Source: Escherichia coli O157:H7 (GTDB taxonomy: Bacteria; Pseudomonadota; Gammaproteobacteria; Enterobacterales; Enterobacteriaceae). Taken from it: a stretch of DNA of 64,000 bases. How positions within the stretch are numbered: the first letter of the stretch is position 1; the number at the start of each line of letters is the position of its first letter. Under the pieces are notes generated by a model. It was given only the letters and a program-made list of their open reading frames with translations, made no database searches and was not told the origin of the DNA. A program made the translations under genes and the position numbers. Of the stretch, positions 14,673-27,705 are shown piece by piece. The DNA is taken from assembly GCF_013167455.1 (NCBI RefSeq), contig NZ_CP038328.1; one strand, 5' to 3'.

Positions 14673-17333
14673 TCATGATTCCTCGCGTTGGGCAAGATTT
14701 AGCGTAAGCCCAACGATCCCCTCTTCGAGCTGGATATCAACGTTAAACCCGAGCTTGCGGGCCAGCGCCACCATGCCACGATTGTTTGGCATCGTAATAC
14801 CATTCAGACGTTGTAGTCCGTGATCTCGCGTATAGGTAATCAACTTTTCCATTAAGCGTCGACCCAAGCCTAACCCTTTGAGATCCGAGCGAACCAGCAC
14901 GGCAAATTCGGCATCGATGTTATCAGGGTCGGAGATCGCACGCGTGACGCCGAGGATCTCTTCCGTTTGATCAATTCGTCGTACCGCTACAAACGCCATT
15001 TCCCGATCGTAGTCGATCTGCGTCATGTTGGCTAAATCTTCATGGGTAAATTCGTTGATCTCGCTAAAGTAGCGGTAATAAAGATCTTCTTTGGTGACCC
15101 GCGAAATGAATTGCTGAAGTTGTGGCTCATCTTCTGGCAAAATCGGGCGGAACAAGCAGCGTTCACCGTTTTTCAATTCTACCCATTCTTCCAGCTGATG
15201 CGGATAAGGGCGCACTGCCAGCCGACTCTCGTTATCGCCTTCAAACGGCGCGATATCCAGAGTGACATCCAGCGCGGTAAATTCACTGCCAGAAGCCAGC
15301 AAAGGATGAATATCCAGACGCTGAATTTCCGGGCAATCGACAATCAAGTTGGAAACCTGCACCAGAAGCTGGCTCAAGCCTGCAACATCCAATGGGCGTA
15401 GCGCACTGCGCGCACGAATCTTTTTACTTTTGATCCCCTGAATAACCAGATAGCGGGCCAGGTTCATATTCAGCGGCGGCAGTGCGACGACGGCTTGATC
15501 TTCAGGACGCCACTCCACACCGCCTTCACCCAGCATGATCAACGGCCCAAAAACCGGATCGTGCTCAACCACAACCCGCAACTCCTGAGCGCCAGCACGG
15601 TTAGCCATACTTTGCACCAACAGGCCGTGGACCCGCGCCTGCGGCCAGGTCATTTTTACGCGATCGAAAATAGCGTTTGCCGCTTGCTGGACTTCATTGG
15701 CTGTACGCAGGTACAGCATGACGCCCTGAACTTCCGATTTATGTGGAATATCCGGCGAACGCAATTTCAGCGCCACCGGATAACCAATCTGTTCGGCAAT
15801 ATGCACCGCTTCGGTGCTATCGCTGGCAATCCAGGTAGGGAGCGTGTTCATCCCATACGATTGCAGGATGGGCTGAACTTCATGGGTATCGAGCGACGTA
15901 GCCCCTTCGGCAATCGCCTGTTGCAACAGAAGATGCGCTTTTGCGGTATTGGAAGTCAGATTGCTGGGCAACGCCGGCGTTTCGCGTAGTTGCTTCTGAT
16001 TACGCCGGTACTCCACCATATGCATAAAAGCAGTGATGGTTCCTTCCGGGGTACGGTAGGTCGGCAGCCCGGCTTCGCTGAATAAACGTCGTGCCTCTTG
16101 CGAGGAGTGCTCGCCGCACCAGTTCGTCAGCAGAGAAACATACTTGCTGCGGGGATGATGCTTTACCGCTTCAATTAATACTTGCGCGATTTCTGTTGCG
16201 GGAGCAGCGGCGCTGGGCGAATGAATAACCATCAGCGCATCAAAATCCTGGCTGTGGAGCAGAATGTCCAGCGTTTTGACATAATGCTCGCTGCTGGCGT
16301 CATCGCGCAGATCGAGCGGGTTAGAGATTGCCACATGTCCTGGCAGTGCATCGCGCAGTTTCTGGCAGGTTTCTTCGCTTAGCGTTGCCAGCTTGCCATT
16401 GCGTGACCATAAGGCATCCAGCGCCAGCGCGGCAGGCGCAGCACCGTTGCTGATAATCATCAACCGGTCGCCACGCAGCGGGCGCATATGGCTGAGGGTT
16501 TCCACCGCCGAAAACAGCTCGTGGGTATCCTGCACCCGCAACAAACCGGCACGCTGAATCGCCGCATCCCACGCCGGATCCATTCCTGCCGTCGTGTTGA
16601 GCAGTCGCTGTGCTGCCGGGCTACGTCCGCTTTTAATCACCAGAATCGGTTTATTACGCGAGGCACTACGGGCCGCCGAAACAAAGCGTCGCGCGTCGCT
16701 TAACTGTTCGAGATAGAGCAGGATGGCGCTGGTTTTACTGTCGCGTGCCAGATAGTCAAGCAATTCATCAACGTCGATATCTAGGCTGTCGCCGAGCGCA
16801 ATAAAGTAGGAAAAGCCCATCTCACGCTGTTGCGCCCAGTCGAGGATGGTGTTGGAGACGGCAGCCGACTGTGAAATAAACGCCAGCTTGCCGCGTTTAA
16901 TCGGCACAGGCGAAAAGCTGGCATTCAGACCTTGCCAGGGAGCCAGTAAACCCAGACTGTTTGGTCCAAGCAGGCGCATGTTATGGCGCAGGGCGCAGGC
17001 GCGGAGATCTTCGTGTTGCGATGCCGGGGCGGAAAGAATAATGCAGGTTTTACAGCCTTTCTCGCCGAGCTCTTCCAGAAGAGCAAGATTACGGCTGGCA
17101 TTGGTACATAAAACCGCAAGGTCGGGTGTAAAGGGCAAGCTGGCAATATCCGGCCAGGCCAACACACCCAACACCGCTTTCCAGGCTGGCGTCACCGGGA
17201 GTACCGGTCCGTTAAAGCCTCCCGCCAGCAGGTTACGCATCATCAGGTAACCTGCGCGATTGGGTTTCATCGACGCGCCAATTACCGCTATCGATTTTGG
17301 TCGCAGTAGTGCTTCCAGTCCTCGCTGACTCAT
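14673..17333 (-). CDS. patZ: Protein lysine acetyltransferase (ADP-forming acyl-CoA synthetase-like domain fused to C-terminal GNAT)
   Basis: 886-aa ORF, ATG start; CoA-binding and ATP-grasp-like N-terminal region with a C-terminal GNAT domain. Confidence 0.9.
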   Translation of the reverse strand: MSQRGLEALLRPKSIAVIGASMKPNRAGYLMMRNLLAGGFNGPVLPVTPAWKAVLGVLAWPDIASLPFTPDLAVLCTNASRNLALLEELGEKGCKTCIILSAPASQHEDLRACALRHNMRLLGPNSLGLLAPWQGLNASFSPVPIKRGKLAFISQSAAVSNTILDWAQQREMGFSYFIALGDSLDIDVDELLDYLARDSKTSAILLYLEQLSDARRFVSAARSASRNKPILVIKSGRSPAAQRLLNTTAGMDPAWDAAIQRAGLLRVQDTHELFSAVETLSHMRPLRGDRLMIISNGAAPAALALDALWSRNGKLATLSEETCQKLRDALPGHVAISNPLDLRDDASSEHYVKTLDILLHSQDFDALMVIHSPSAAAPATEIAQVLIEAVKHHPRSKYVSLLTNWCGEHSSQEARRLFSEAGLPTYRTPEGTITAFMHMVEYRRNQKQLRETPALPSNLTSNTAKAHLLLQQAIAEGATSLDTHEVQPILQSYGMNTLPTWIASDSTEAVHIAEQIGYPVALKLRSPDIPHKSEVQGVMLYLRTANEVQQAANAIFDRVKMTWPQARVHGLLVQSMANRAGAQELRVVVEHDPVFGPLIMLGEGGVEWRPEDQAVVALPPLNMNLARYLVIQGIKSKKIRARSALRPLDVAGLSQLLVQVSNLIVDCPEIQRLDIHPLLASGSEFTALDVTLDIAPFEGDNESRLAVRPYPHQLEEWVELKNGERCLFRPILPEDEPQLQQFISRVTKEDLYYRYFSEINEFTHEDLANMTQIDYDREMAFVAVRRIDQTEEILGVTRAISDPDNIDAEFAVLVRSDLKGLGLGRRLMEKLITYTRDHGLQRLNGITMPNNRGMVALARKLGFNVDIQLEEGIVGLTLNLAQREES

Positions 17334-17364
17334 ACCGGTCTCCCGCAGAAGTGACCGAATGATT

Positions 17365-18063
17365 TTAAACGCTTTCTAACTGTTCTGCTGTGATGCTACC
17401 CAGATGTTGCGTTTTTCCTGCCAGATAGCGCGTTTTAAAGCGGGTGAAGTGCTCGCCTAACCCTGCTGCCGCCCCGGTATCGCCGGCCATATCTAACAGT
17501 GCGATGGCTACCTCGGCAGTACAATATTGGCCTTCAGCCTGGGCTTCACGCAGGCGATAGGCAGAAAGCCGGGAAAGATCGACGGAAATGACGGGAAGAT
17601 TATCCAGATACGGACTTTTACGAAACATCTTGCGAGCTTCCGGCCAGGTACCATCGAGCATGATAAACAGCGGTGGCTTACCGGCAGGTGGTGTGAAGAT
17701 CACTTCCCGTTGCTCATCAGCATACGAGGCGGGAAAGACCACCATTGGCTGATAATCCGGGTTTTGTACCAGATCCAGCAAATCCTGCGAGGGTTCGGTA
17801 CGCGACCATTGAAACGCAACGGTATCAGGCAAAATATCAGCAATCAGACGCCCGGTATTACTGGGCTTCATTGGCTCGGTGTCGAACATCAGCAAACAGA
17901 AGCGACTTTTTGCTTGTGCTGGGGTAATTGTCGAACAGAGACATAATTTCTCTGGCAAAAGACAGCGTTGGCAGCGACGAACGCGATTACCGCGGGCAAG
18001 AAAAGGACGTGTTGCGCGCGCAATACGCTCGGCGCGTAACTGGAGAACAGCGTTTTCGGTCAT
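17365..18063 (-). CDS. tapT: DTW-domain tRNA-uridine aminocarboxypropyltransferase
   Basis: Open frame to 18114; start placed at ATG 18061..18063 (MTENAVLQLRAER...) for about 232 aa; DTW motif present. Confidence 0.8.
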   Translation of the reverse strand: MTENAVLQLRAERIARATRPFLARGNRVRRCQRCLLPEKLCLCSTITPAQAKSRFCLLMFDTEPMKPSNTGRLIADILPDTVAFQWSRTEPSQDLLDLVQNPDYQPMVVFPASYADEQREVIFTPPAGKPPLFIMLDGTWPEARKMFRKSPYLDNLPVISVDLSRLSAYRLREAQAEGQYCTAEVAIALLDMAGDTGAAAGLGEHFTRFKTRYLAGKTQHLGSITAEQLESV

Positions 18064-18131
18064 AAGAGAGCGTCGAAAAAACGCCATTGTCGCAGAGGAG
18101 AAAACGGGGCACAAGATGCGCCCCGGTAAGA

Positions 18132-18551
18132 TTAAAGAGATTCGTTCAGCCAGCTATCGAACGGCGCTTTCGGTACTGCGCCATTAAGCATGTCGACAAC
18201 CTGACCGTTTTTGAAAATCATGATCGTCGGTATACTACGAATTCCAAAGCGACTGCTCAATTCACGTTCAGCTTCGGTATTCACTTTCACAAAGCGCACT
18301 TTACCGCTACGCTCTTGCGCGACATCTTCAAAAATTGGTGCGAAATTACGGCAGGGGCCGCACCACGGTGCCCAGAAGTCGATCACCACTGGTAGATCAT
18401 CTTTCAGCAATTTGTCGAGCGTTTCACCGGTCGCATTAATCACCTCTCCGTCAAACAAGTCGTGACCGCAGCGTCCGCATTTTGCCGCATCTTCGATCCG
18501 ATCGTCGGGAATGCGATTGATGGCCTGACAATGGGTACAAACGGTATTCAT
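18132..18551 (-). CDS. trxC: Thioredoxin 2 (zinc-finger N-terminal extension)
   Basis: 139 aa; N-terminal CxxC...CxxC pairs plus the WCGPC active site. Confidence 0.9.
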
Positions 18552-18757
18552 AACTAACCTCGGGATGAGTAAGGAGACTTATCGGCAACAACGCCGGTAT
18601 GTTTCTAATATGTTACATATTATCGGGGACATTGTTCCAGACAACAATCTGTTTTATTCAATAGGTATGATAGTCGCAGGCTTTGGTACGAAATCATGGC
18701 GAACCGCGCGGACTTCGGGTAATCTGCGCGCTTCGCGCAGCGCTGGTGGAGAAAAGC

Positions 18758-19795
18758 ATGAACGATGAAATGAAAGGTAAAAGCGGCAAGGTCAAAGTGA
18801 TGTATGTCCGCAGTGATGATGATTCTGATAAACGTACCCACAACCCGCGTACCGGGAAAGGGGGCGGGCGTCCAGGAAAATCTCGTGCTGACGGTGGCCG
18901 TCGCCCCGCCCGCGATGACAAACAGAGTCAGCCCCGTGACCGCAAGTGGGAAGATTCGCCGTGGCGCACGGTTTCCCGCGCGCCGGGTGATGAGACGCCG
19001 GAAAAGGCCGATCACGGTGGCATCAGTGGTAAAAGTTTTATTGATCCGGAAGTGTTGCGTCGTCAGCGTGCGGAAGAAACCCGCGTCTACGGCGAAAACG
19101 CCTGTCAGGCACTGTTCCAGAGCCGTCCGGAAGCGATTGTTCGCGCCTGGTTTATCCAGAGTGTAACGCCGCGTTTTAAAGAAGCCTTGCGCTGGATGGC
19201 AGCAAACCGCAAAGCGTACCATGTGGTAGATGAAGCGGAATTGACAAAAGCGTCAGGCACGGAACATCACGGTGGCGTTTGCTTCCTGATCAAAAAGCGT
19301 AATGGCACAACCGTGCAGCAGTGGGTAAGCCAGGCAGGCGCGCAGGATTGTGTTCTGGCACTGGAAAACGAATCTAACCCGCATAACCTGGGTGGCATGA
19401 TGCGCAGCTGCGCGCACTTTGGCGTGAAAGGTGTTGTGGTGCAGGATGCGGCACTGCTGGAGTCGGGGGCGGCTATCCGTACCGCAGAAGGCGGCGCAGA
19501 GCACGTTCAGCCGATTACTGGCGACAACATTGTTAACGTGCTGGATGATTTCCGTCAGGCGGGTTACACCGTAGTGACAACTTCCAGCGAGCAGGGTAAA
19601 CCGCTGTTCAAAACCAGTCTGCCAGCGAAAATGGTACTGGTGCTGGGTCAGGAATATGAAGGGTTACCGGATGCCGCACGCGATCCGAACGATCTGCGCG
19701 TGAAGATTGATGGTACTGGCAACGTTGCCGGGCTGAATATCTCTGTCGCAACCGGCGTTCTTCTTGGCGAATGGTGGCGTCAGAATAAAGCCTGA
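18758..19795 (+). CDS. yfiF: SpoU/TrmH-family RNA 2'-O-methyltransferase with basic N-terminal extension
   Basis: 345 aa from ATG 18758 ([14 protein letters not shown]...); Lys/Arg/Gly-rich N-terminus, SpoU methylase C-terminal domain. Confidence 0.85.
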
Positions 19796-19842
19796 TAAAT
19801 CAGCCGGGTGGCAACTCTGCCATCCGGCATTTTCCCGCAAAT

Positions 19843-20532
19843 TTACTCACTCTCTGCCGGTAATACTGGCATCCAGTCAATCGGCGTCTCGCCATGTTGT
19901 TCCAGCCACTGATTTGCCAGCACAAAATGGTTGCAGCCAAAGAATCCACGATGAGCCGAAAGCGGCGACGGATGCGGTGCTTTCAGTACATGATGGCGTT
20001 GCTTATCTATAATCGCCCCTTTCTTTTGCGCATGCGATCCCCACAACAAAAACACCACGCCTTCGCGATGCTGGTTAATCAGGCTGATCACTTTATCGGT
20101 GAAGGTTTCCCAGCCGAGGCTGGCGTGGGAATGCGCCTGACCTGCGCGTACCGTCAACACAGTATTGAGTAGCAGAACGCCCTGACGCGCCCAGCTTTCA
20201 AGATAACCATGATTAGGGCGGGTGAAGCCCGGAATAGTATTTTCCAGCTCTTTATACATATTCAGCAGTGACGGAGGAGTGGCGATTCCGGGGCGAACGG
20301 AAAATGCCAGCCCATGCGCCTGTCCCGGTCCGTGATAAGGATCCTGGCCGAGAATCACCACTTTAACGTCACCCAACTCGGTAAAGCGGAACGCGTTAAA
20401 GACATCTTTTTGTGGTGGATAGATAGTGACGCCGGACTGCCGCTCGCTGGCGACGGTCTGAAGGGTATTAAGAAAATAGGGTTGCTGCTTCTCTTCAGCC
20501 AGCACGTCATGCCAGGTTAATTCGTTAGCCAT
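19843..20532 (-). CDS. ung: Uracil-DNA glycosylase
   Basis: 229 aa; [11 protein letters not shown]...; GQDPYH catalytic motif. Confidence 0.95.
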   Translation of the reverse strand: MANELTWHDVLAEEKQQPYFLNTLQTVASERQSGVTIYPPQKDVFNAFRFTELGDVKVVILGQDPYHGPGQAHGLAFSVRPGIATPPSLLNMYKELENTIPGFTRPNHGYLESWARQGVLLLNTVLTVRAGQAHSHASLGWETFTDKVISLINQHREGVVFLLWGSHAQKKGAIIDKQRHHVLKAPHPSPLSAHRGFFGCNHFVLANQWLEQHGETPIDWMPVLPAESE

Positions 20533-20662
20533 CTCGCTCTCCTGCGAATCTTCAATCCGCCTAGCTTAACTGCTTCTTTCTACAGAACAAAATCATGCTC
20601 ATTTTTTAGACTTAAACGAGTGCAAAAAAATGTAAATTGGTAAAATTTCACACCCGCATAAG

Positions 20663-20729
20663 TTGATGTAAAACAATAAAATCTATTTGCGACCACACTT
20701 GATGTGTGGTTTTTATTGATTTAAATCAA
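20663..20729 (+). promoter_or_regulatory. Two FNR-type sites upstream of grcA
   Basis: ttgatgtaaaacaa (20663..20676) and ttgatttaaatcaa (20716..20729) match TTGAT-N4-ATCAA; centres about 53 bp apart. Confidence 0.5.
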
Positions 20730-20836
20730 AGATTCAAGGGTGTTTGAGGAGTATATATACACTCAAGCAACAATGGTTTTACCAATTGGCCGCGACAGGC
20801 TGAACAAATCAAATAATTTTGCCGGGGAGGCATCAC

Positions 20837-21220
20837 ATGATTACAGGTATCCAGATTACTAAAGCCGCTAACGACGATCTGCTGAACTCTTTCTGGCTGC
20901 TGGACAGCGAAAAAGGCGAAGCGCGTTGCATCGTTGCGAAAGCAGGTTATGCAGAAGACGAAGTGGTTGCAGTAAGCAAACTGGGTGACATTGAGTACCG
21001 TGAAGTTCCAGTAGAAGTGAAACCAGAAGTTCGCGTTGAAGGTGGTCAGCACCTGAACGTTAACGTTCTGCGTCGTGAAACTCTGGAAGATGCAGTTAAG
21101 CATCCGGAAAAATATCCGCAGCTGACCATCCGTGTATCCGGTTATGCAGTTCGCTTTAACTCTCTGACTCCGGAACAGCAGCGCGACGTTATCGCTCGTA
21201 CCTTTACTGAAAGCCTGTAA
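20837..21220 (+). CDS. grcA: Autonomous glycyl radical cofactor (stress-induced alternate pyruvate formate-lyase subunit)
   Basis: 127 aa from ATG 20837 ([16 protein letters not shown]...); C-terminal RVSGYAV glycyl-radical motif. Confidence 0.95.
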
Positions 21221-21240
21221 GGCTTAAGTAGCATGTTACT

Positions 21241-21275
21241 AAGCGGAAGAGGGCGACCTCTTCCGCTTTTTTTCA
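21241..21275. terminator. Bidirectional terminator between grcA and eamB
   Basis: agcggaagag...ctcttccgct hairpin followed by tttttttc. Confidence 0.65.
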
Positions 21276-21863
21276 TTAATAGAAAATGCGTACCGCGCAA
21301 TAGATCAGCAGCAGCGCCAGCACGATATTTAACTGGCGACCATACTGGCGAAACAATCGCTGAAACAGATGCCCCGCCAGCGCCCAGCACACATTACCAA
21401 ACGTCCCAATCATTGCCAGCAAAACGCTGACGCCAACTATCCAGCTTAACGCCTGTGTTTGCGGCAGAACAAATGTCGACAGTGCCGTAACACCGTACAA
21501 AATGATTTTGACGTTCACAAACTGCAAAGCAAAGCTGGCCCAAAAACTGATTGGTTTTGTCTGAAGCCCGTCTTCCTTTGTTGGACTGGTAGCGATTTTC
21601 CACGCCAGCCAGACAATATATGCCGCCCCCGCCCAACTCAACAGATGCACAGCTGCCGGGTCGATAACAGCCAGTGAAAACGAAATGCCCGCACACAGCA
21701 ACATGACGATTAAAAATCCCAGACTCATCCCTGCCAGCACGCGGGTACTCTGATGAAATCCGTGCGTTGTGGCTGAGCTAAGGGCGAGAATATTGTTCGG
21801 TCCTGGCGTCATGGCGGTAATCAGGGTGTAAGTCCAAAAAGCACTTAAAAGGGTCGGTGTCAC
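21276..21863 (-). CDS. eamB: Cysteine/O-acetylserine exporter (RhtB/LysE family)
   Basis: 195 aa, six hydrophobic segments; first codon is GTG (MTPTLLSAFWTYTLITA...). Confidence 0.85.
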   Translation of the reverse strand: MTPTLLSAFWTYTLITAMTPGPNNILALSSATTHGFHQSTRVLAGMSLGFLIVMLLCAGISFSLAVIDPAAVHLLSWAGAAYIVWLAWKIATSPTKEDGLQTKPISFWASFALQFVNVKIILYGVTALSTFVLPQTQALSWIVGVSVLLAMIGTFGNVCWALAGHLFQRLFRQYGRQLNIVLALLLIYCAVRIFY

Positions 21864-21965
21864 TTGTTATCTCCTCTGTTTTGGTAGACAGTACCCGACA
21901 CAGAATATTTAAAAAAATGAATGTTTTTACATTCTAAATTCGATATTTTCGATAGGTTTGGGGTT

Positions 21966-22847
21966 ATGGATCTGCGCCGTTTTATTACGCTTAAAACCGT
22001 GGTGGAAGAGGGTTCCTTTTTGCGAGCTTCGCAAAAATTGTGCTGTACACAATCGACGGTGACTTTTCATATTCAGCAGCTTGAGCAGGAGTTCTCGGTA
22101 CAGTTATTTGAGAAAATTGGCCGACGGATGTGCCTCACTCGCGAAGGTAAAAAGCTGCTGCCGCACATTTATGAACTCACCAGAGTGATGGATACCCTTC
22201 GTGAGGCTGCCAAAAAGGAGTCGGATCCGGACGGGGAACTACGCGTTGTTTCGGGCGAAACGTTGCTCTCTTACCGAATGCCGCAGGTGTTGCAGCGTTT
22301 TCGGCAACGCGCCCCAAAAGTGCGTTTATCGTTGCAGTCTCTGAACTGTTACGTGATCCGTGATGCGCTATTGAATGATGAGGCCGATGTCGGGGTTTTT
22401 TATCGCGTAGGGAATGATGATGCCCTGAACCGACGAGAATTGGGTGAGCAATCGCTGGTGCTGGTAGCTTCACCGCAAATTGCAGATGTCGATTTTACTG
22501 AGCCGGGAAGACATAACGCCTGTAGCTTTATTATCAACGAACCGCAATGTGTATTCCGGCAGATATTTGAGAGCACGCTGCGCCAGCGGCGGATCACGGT
22601 GGAAAACACCATTGAGCTGTTAAGCATTGAAAGTATCAAACGTTGTGTCGCGGCGAATATCGGTGTCAGTTACTTGCCCCGCTTTGCGGTGGAAAAAGAG
22701 CTTGAGAGCGGAGAATTAATTGAATTGCCTTTTGGCGAACACTCGCAGACCATTACGGCAATGTGCGCTCACCATGCCGGAAAAGCGGTTAGCCCGGCGA
22801 TGCACACTTTTATTCAGTGTGTTGAAGATTGTTTTTTGCCGGGATAA
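21966..22847 (+). CDS. yfiE: LysR-family transcriptional regulator
   Basis: 293 aa from ATG 21966 (MDLRRFITLKTVVEEGSFLRASQKL...); N-terminal wHTH, LysR substrate-binding domain; divergent from eamB. Confidence 0.8.
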   Translation: MDLRRFITLKTVVEEGSFLRASQKLCCTQSTVTFHIQQLEQEFSVQLFEKIGRRMCLTREGKKLLPHIYELTRVMDTLREAAKKESDPDGELRVVSGETLLSYRMPQVLQRFRQRAPKVRLSLQSLNCYVIRDALLNDEADVGVFYRVGNDDALNRRELGEQSLVLVASPQIADVDFTEPGRHNACSFIINEPQCVFRQIFESTLRQRRITVENTIELLSIESIKRCVAANIGVSYLPRFAVEKELESGELIELPFGEHSQTITAMCAHHAGKAVSPAMHTFIQCVEDCFLPG

Positions 22848-22879
22848 AAATAATGCCGGGCTTAAACCCGGCATTGAGA

Positions 22880-24214
22880 TTACTCTTCTGTCGTTTGCGG
22901 TGGCACGCCCGTTCCGCTTGGTTTACGGCGCTTACCAATATTTTTGGTATCGCGATGGCGTTTTTTCACCCGCGGCTTCTCTTTCTCTTTTGCTTTTTTC
23001 TTCTCGGCGCGTTTTGCCAGTACTTTCTTCGATGGCTTGCCGGTCTGCTTCTCGCTTGGTGCACGCGTTTTCGGGCGTAACTCATCAATTACGCGAGCTT
23101 TAATTGGCTCTTCAATATAGCGACCAACTTTGCCCAGCAGCAGATGGTCATGGGCTTCTACCAGCGAAATTGCGGTGCCTTTACGACCGGCGCGCGCGGT
23201 ACGTCCGATACGGTGCAAATAAGTATCGCCACTGCGCGGCATATCGAAGTTAAAGACGTGGCTGACGTCAGGAATGTCGATACCGCGCGCGGCAACATCG
23301 GTTGCAACCAGTACGTTTACGCGACCTTCGGTCAAACGTTTGATCGCTTCGTTACGCTTGCCCTGTACCATCTCACCTTCGAGATAGCAGTTGTTGATGC
23401 CCGCTTCGCGCAGCCAGTTTGCCAGCTCATGCACACGCTCACGCTTACGCACAAACACAATTGAGCGGGTCGCTTCCGGCTGTTTTAACAGATGCACCAG
23501 CAATGCGGTTTTATGTTCCAGGTCATCGGCGCGGTAATACCACTGATGAATTTTTTTGCGCTCACGGGTGGACGGATTGGCAGAAACCTCCACCGGATCT
23601 TCCAGCAGACGCTCGGCAAAGTCCTGAATCGCATCGCCTTCCAGCGTTGCCGAAAAGAGCAGGGTCTGTTTACGCCAGCGCGTTTCGCCAGCAATATGTT
23701 CGATATCCTGAGCGAAGCCCATATCCAGCATACGGTCTGCTTCGTCGAGGATCAGCGTTTCAACCGCGCGGCAATCGAAGTTCTCTTCTTTTATGTATTG
23801 CAGCAGACGTCCGGTCGTGGCGACCACGATGTCCTGATTTTCGCTGAACACTTCCGCGTGGTTCATATAGGCTACGCCGCCGGTGATGGTGGCGATATCC
23901 AGATGCGTATGTTTCGCCAGTTCGCGGGCATGATCGGCCACCTGCATCGCCAGCTCGCGAGTTGGGGTGAGGATCAAAATACGCGGCGGACCGGATTTCT
24001 TACGCGGGAAATCGAGCAGGTGCTGCAACGCTGGCAGCAGATACGCCGCCGTTTTACCGGTGCCTGTCGGCGCAGAACCGAGTACATCACGGCCATCGAG
24101 CGCAGGCGGAATGGCGGCAGCCTGAATGGCGGTCGGGCGAGTGAAACCTTTATCCTGGAGGGCTTCCAGCAGGCTTTCGTCGAGTTCAAGTTCGGAAAAA
24201 GTCGTTACAGTCAT
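22880..24214 (-). CDS. srmB: ATP-dependent DEAD-box RNA helicase SrmB
   Basis: 444 aa; motifs [25 protein letters not shown]; basic C-terminal tail. Confidence 0.95.
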   Translation of the reverse strand: MTVTTFSELELDESLLEALQDKGFTRPTAIQAAAIPPALDGRDVLGSAPTGTGKTAAYLLPALQHLLDFPRKKSGPPRILILTPTRELAMQVADHARELAKHTHLDIATITGGVAYMNHAEVFSENQDIVVATTGRLLQYIKEENFDCRAVETLILDEADRMLDMGFAQDIEHIAGETRWRKQTLLFSATLEGDAIQDFAERLLEDPVEVSANPSTRERKKIHQWYYRADDLEHKTALLVHLLKQPEATRSIVFVRKRERVHELANWLREAGINNCYLEGEMVQGKRNEAIKRLTEGRVNVLVATDVAARGIDIPDVSHVFNFDMPRSGDTYLHRIGRTARAGRKGTAISLVEAHDHLLLGKVGRYIEEPIKARVIDELRPKTRAPSEKQTGKPSKKVLAKRAEKKKAKEKEKPRVKKRHRDTKNIGKRRKPSGTGVPPQTTEE

Positions 24215-24345
24215 GTTCTACCTCTGTGTGGGGCGCTGATTATAGACGTTACGGCTGCAATCTTCATCTGTTTGTATGGATATCGCTTCTCGGGTATTGT
24301 TCTCACCCGGTGCTATCGCCGTTTTTCCTGCAAGGTTTTATTTTC

Positions 24346-26699
<2,354 letters not shown>

Positions 26700-26945
26700 T
26701 TAATTTACTAAACACGGTTTGGTCAGCATAGCATCATGTTGTGCGAATAAACACCTGCTATTTTAATATTTGTTACAGTGACTAAACACGCTGACGCAGG
26801 GCGGCGAGAAAAAGAGAAGTTACTGGCTGGTGGAGGATTAGGTGGTGAAATAAAAAGGCCGTTGGGTTACTCTTCAGGCAGTTAAATGGGCATTTCTACA
26901 CAGATAATGCGATGTTCAGATTCTGTAGACTTATAATGATAGATA

Positions 26946-27101
26946 ATGATCCGTCTACAGCATGACAAACAAAAACAGATGCGTTACGGAACTTTACAAA
27001 AACGAGACACTCTAACCCTTTGCTTGCTCAAATTGCAGCTAATGGAGTGGCGTTTCGATAGCGCGTGGAAATTTGGTTTGGGGAGACTTTACCTCGGATG
27101 A
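26946..27101 (+). CDS. rseD: rpoE upstream leader ORF (51 codons), stop overlapping the rpoE start
   Basis: ATG 26946 to TGA 27099..27101; reading frame traced by hand as MIRLQHDKQKQMRYGTLQKRDTLTLCLLKLQLMEWRFDSAWKFGLGRLYLG; ATGA overlap with the rpoE ATG at 27098. Too short for the ORF track. Confidence 0.5.
   Translation: MIRLQHDKQKQMRYGTLQKRDTLTLCLLKLQLMEWRFDSAWKFGLGRLYLG
26988..27015 (+). promoter_or_regulatory. SigmaE-dependent promoter (rpoE autoregulated promoter)
   Basis: ggaactt (26988..26994), 16-nt spacer, tctaa (27011..27015); matches the sigmaE consensus. Confidence 0.6.
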
Positions 27102-27673
27102 GCGAGCAGTTAACGGACCAGGTCCTGGTTGAACGGGTCCAGAAGGGAGATCAGAAAGCCTTTAACTTACTGGTAGTGCGCTATCAGCATAAAGTGGCGA
27201 GTCTGGTTTCCCGCTATGTGCCGTCGGGTGATGTTCCCGATGTGGTACAAGAAGCTTTTATTAAAGCCTATCGTGCGCTGGATTCGTTCCGGGGAGATAG
27301 CGCTTTTTATACATGGCTGTATCGGATTGCTGTAAATACAGCGAAAAATTACCTGGTTGCTCAGGGGCGTCGTCCACCTTCCAGTGATGTGGATGCCATT
27401 GAAGCTGAAAACTTCGAAAGTGGCGGCGCGTTGAAAGAAATTTCGAACCCTGAGAACTTAATGTTGTCAGAAGAACTGAGACAGATAGTTTTCCGAACTA
27501 TTGAGTCCCTCCCGGAAGATTTACGCATGGCAATAACCTTGCGGGAGCTGGATGGCCTGAGCTATGAAGAGATAGCCGCTATCATGGATTGTCCGGTAGG
27601 TACGGTGCGTTCACGTATCTTCCGAGCGAGGGAAGCTATTGATAACAAAGTTCAACCGCTTATCAGGCGTTGA
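27098..27673 (+). CDS. rpoE: RNA polymerase sigma factor sigmaE (ECF sigma-24)
   Basis: 191 aa, MSEQLTDQVLVERVQKGDQKAF...; sigma-70 regions 2 and 4. Confidence 0.97.
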   Translation: MSEQLTDQVLVERVQKGDQKAFNLLVVRYQHKVASLVSRYVPSGDVPDVVQEAFIKAYRALDSFRGDSAFYTWLYRIAVNTAKNYLVAQGRRPPSSDVDAIEAENFESGGALKEISNPENLMLSEELRQIVFRTIESLPEDLRMAITLRELDGLSYEEIAAIMDCPVGTVRSRIFRAREAIDNKVQPLIRR

Positions 27674-27705
27674 CGATAGCGGGATACTGGATAAGGGTAT
27701 TAGGC

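Noticed and set aside
18620-19222. 200-aa minus-strand ORF overlapping yfiF, and nested ORFs 18694..18921 and 18804..19166.
   Set aside because: They overlap the basic N-terminal extension and methylase domain of yfiF; repetitive Arg/Pro-rich translations typical of antisense artefacts.
27670-27705. Longer rseA start at 27670 (MTIAGYWIRVLG...) overlapping the rpoE stop.
   Set aside because: The known RseA N-terminus begins MQKEQLSALMDGE and the residue numbering of its protease sites fits the ATG at 27706; the upstream codons are probably untranslated.
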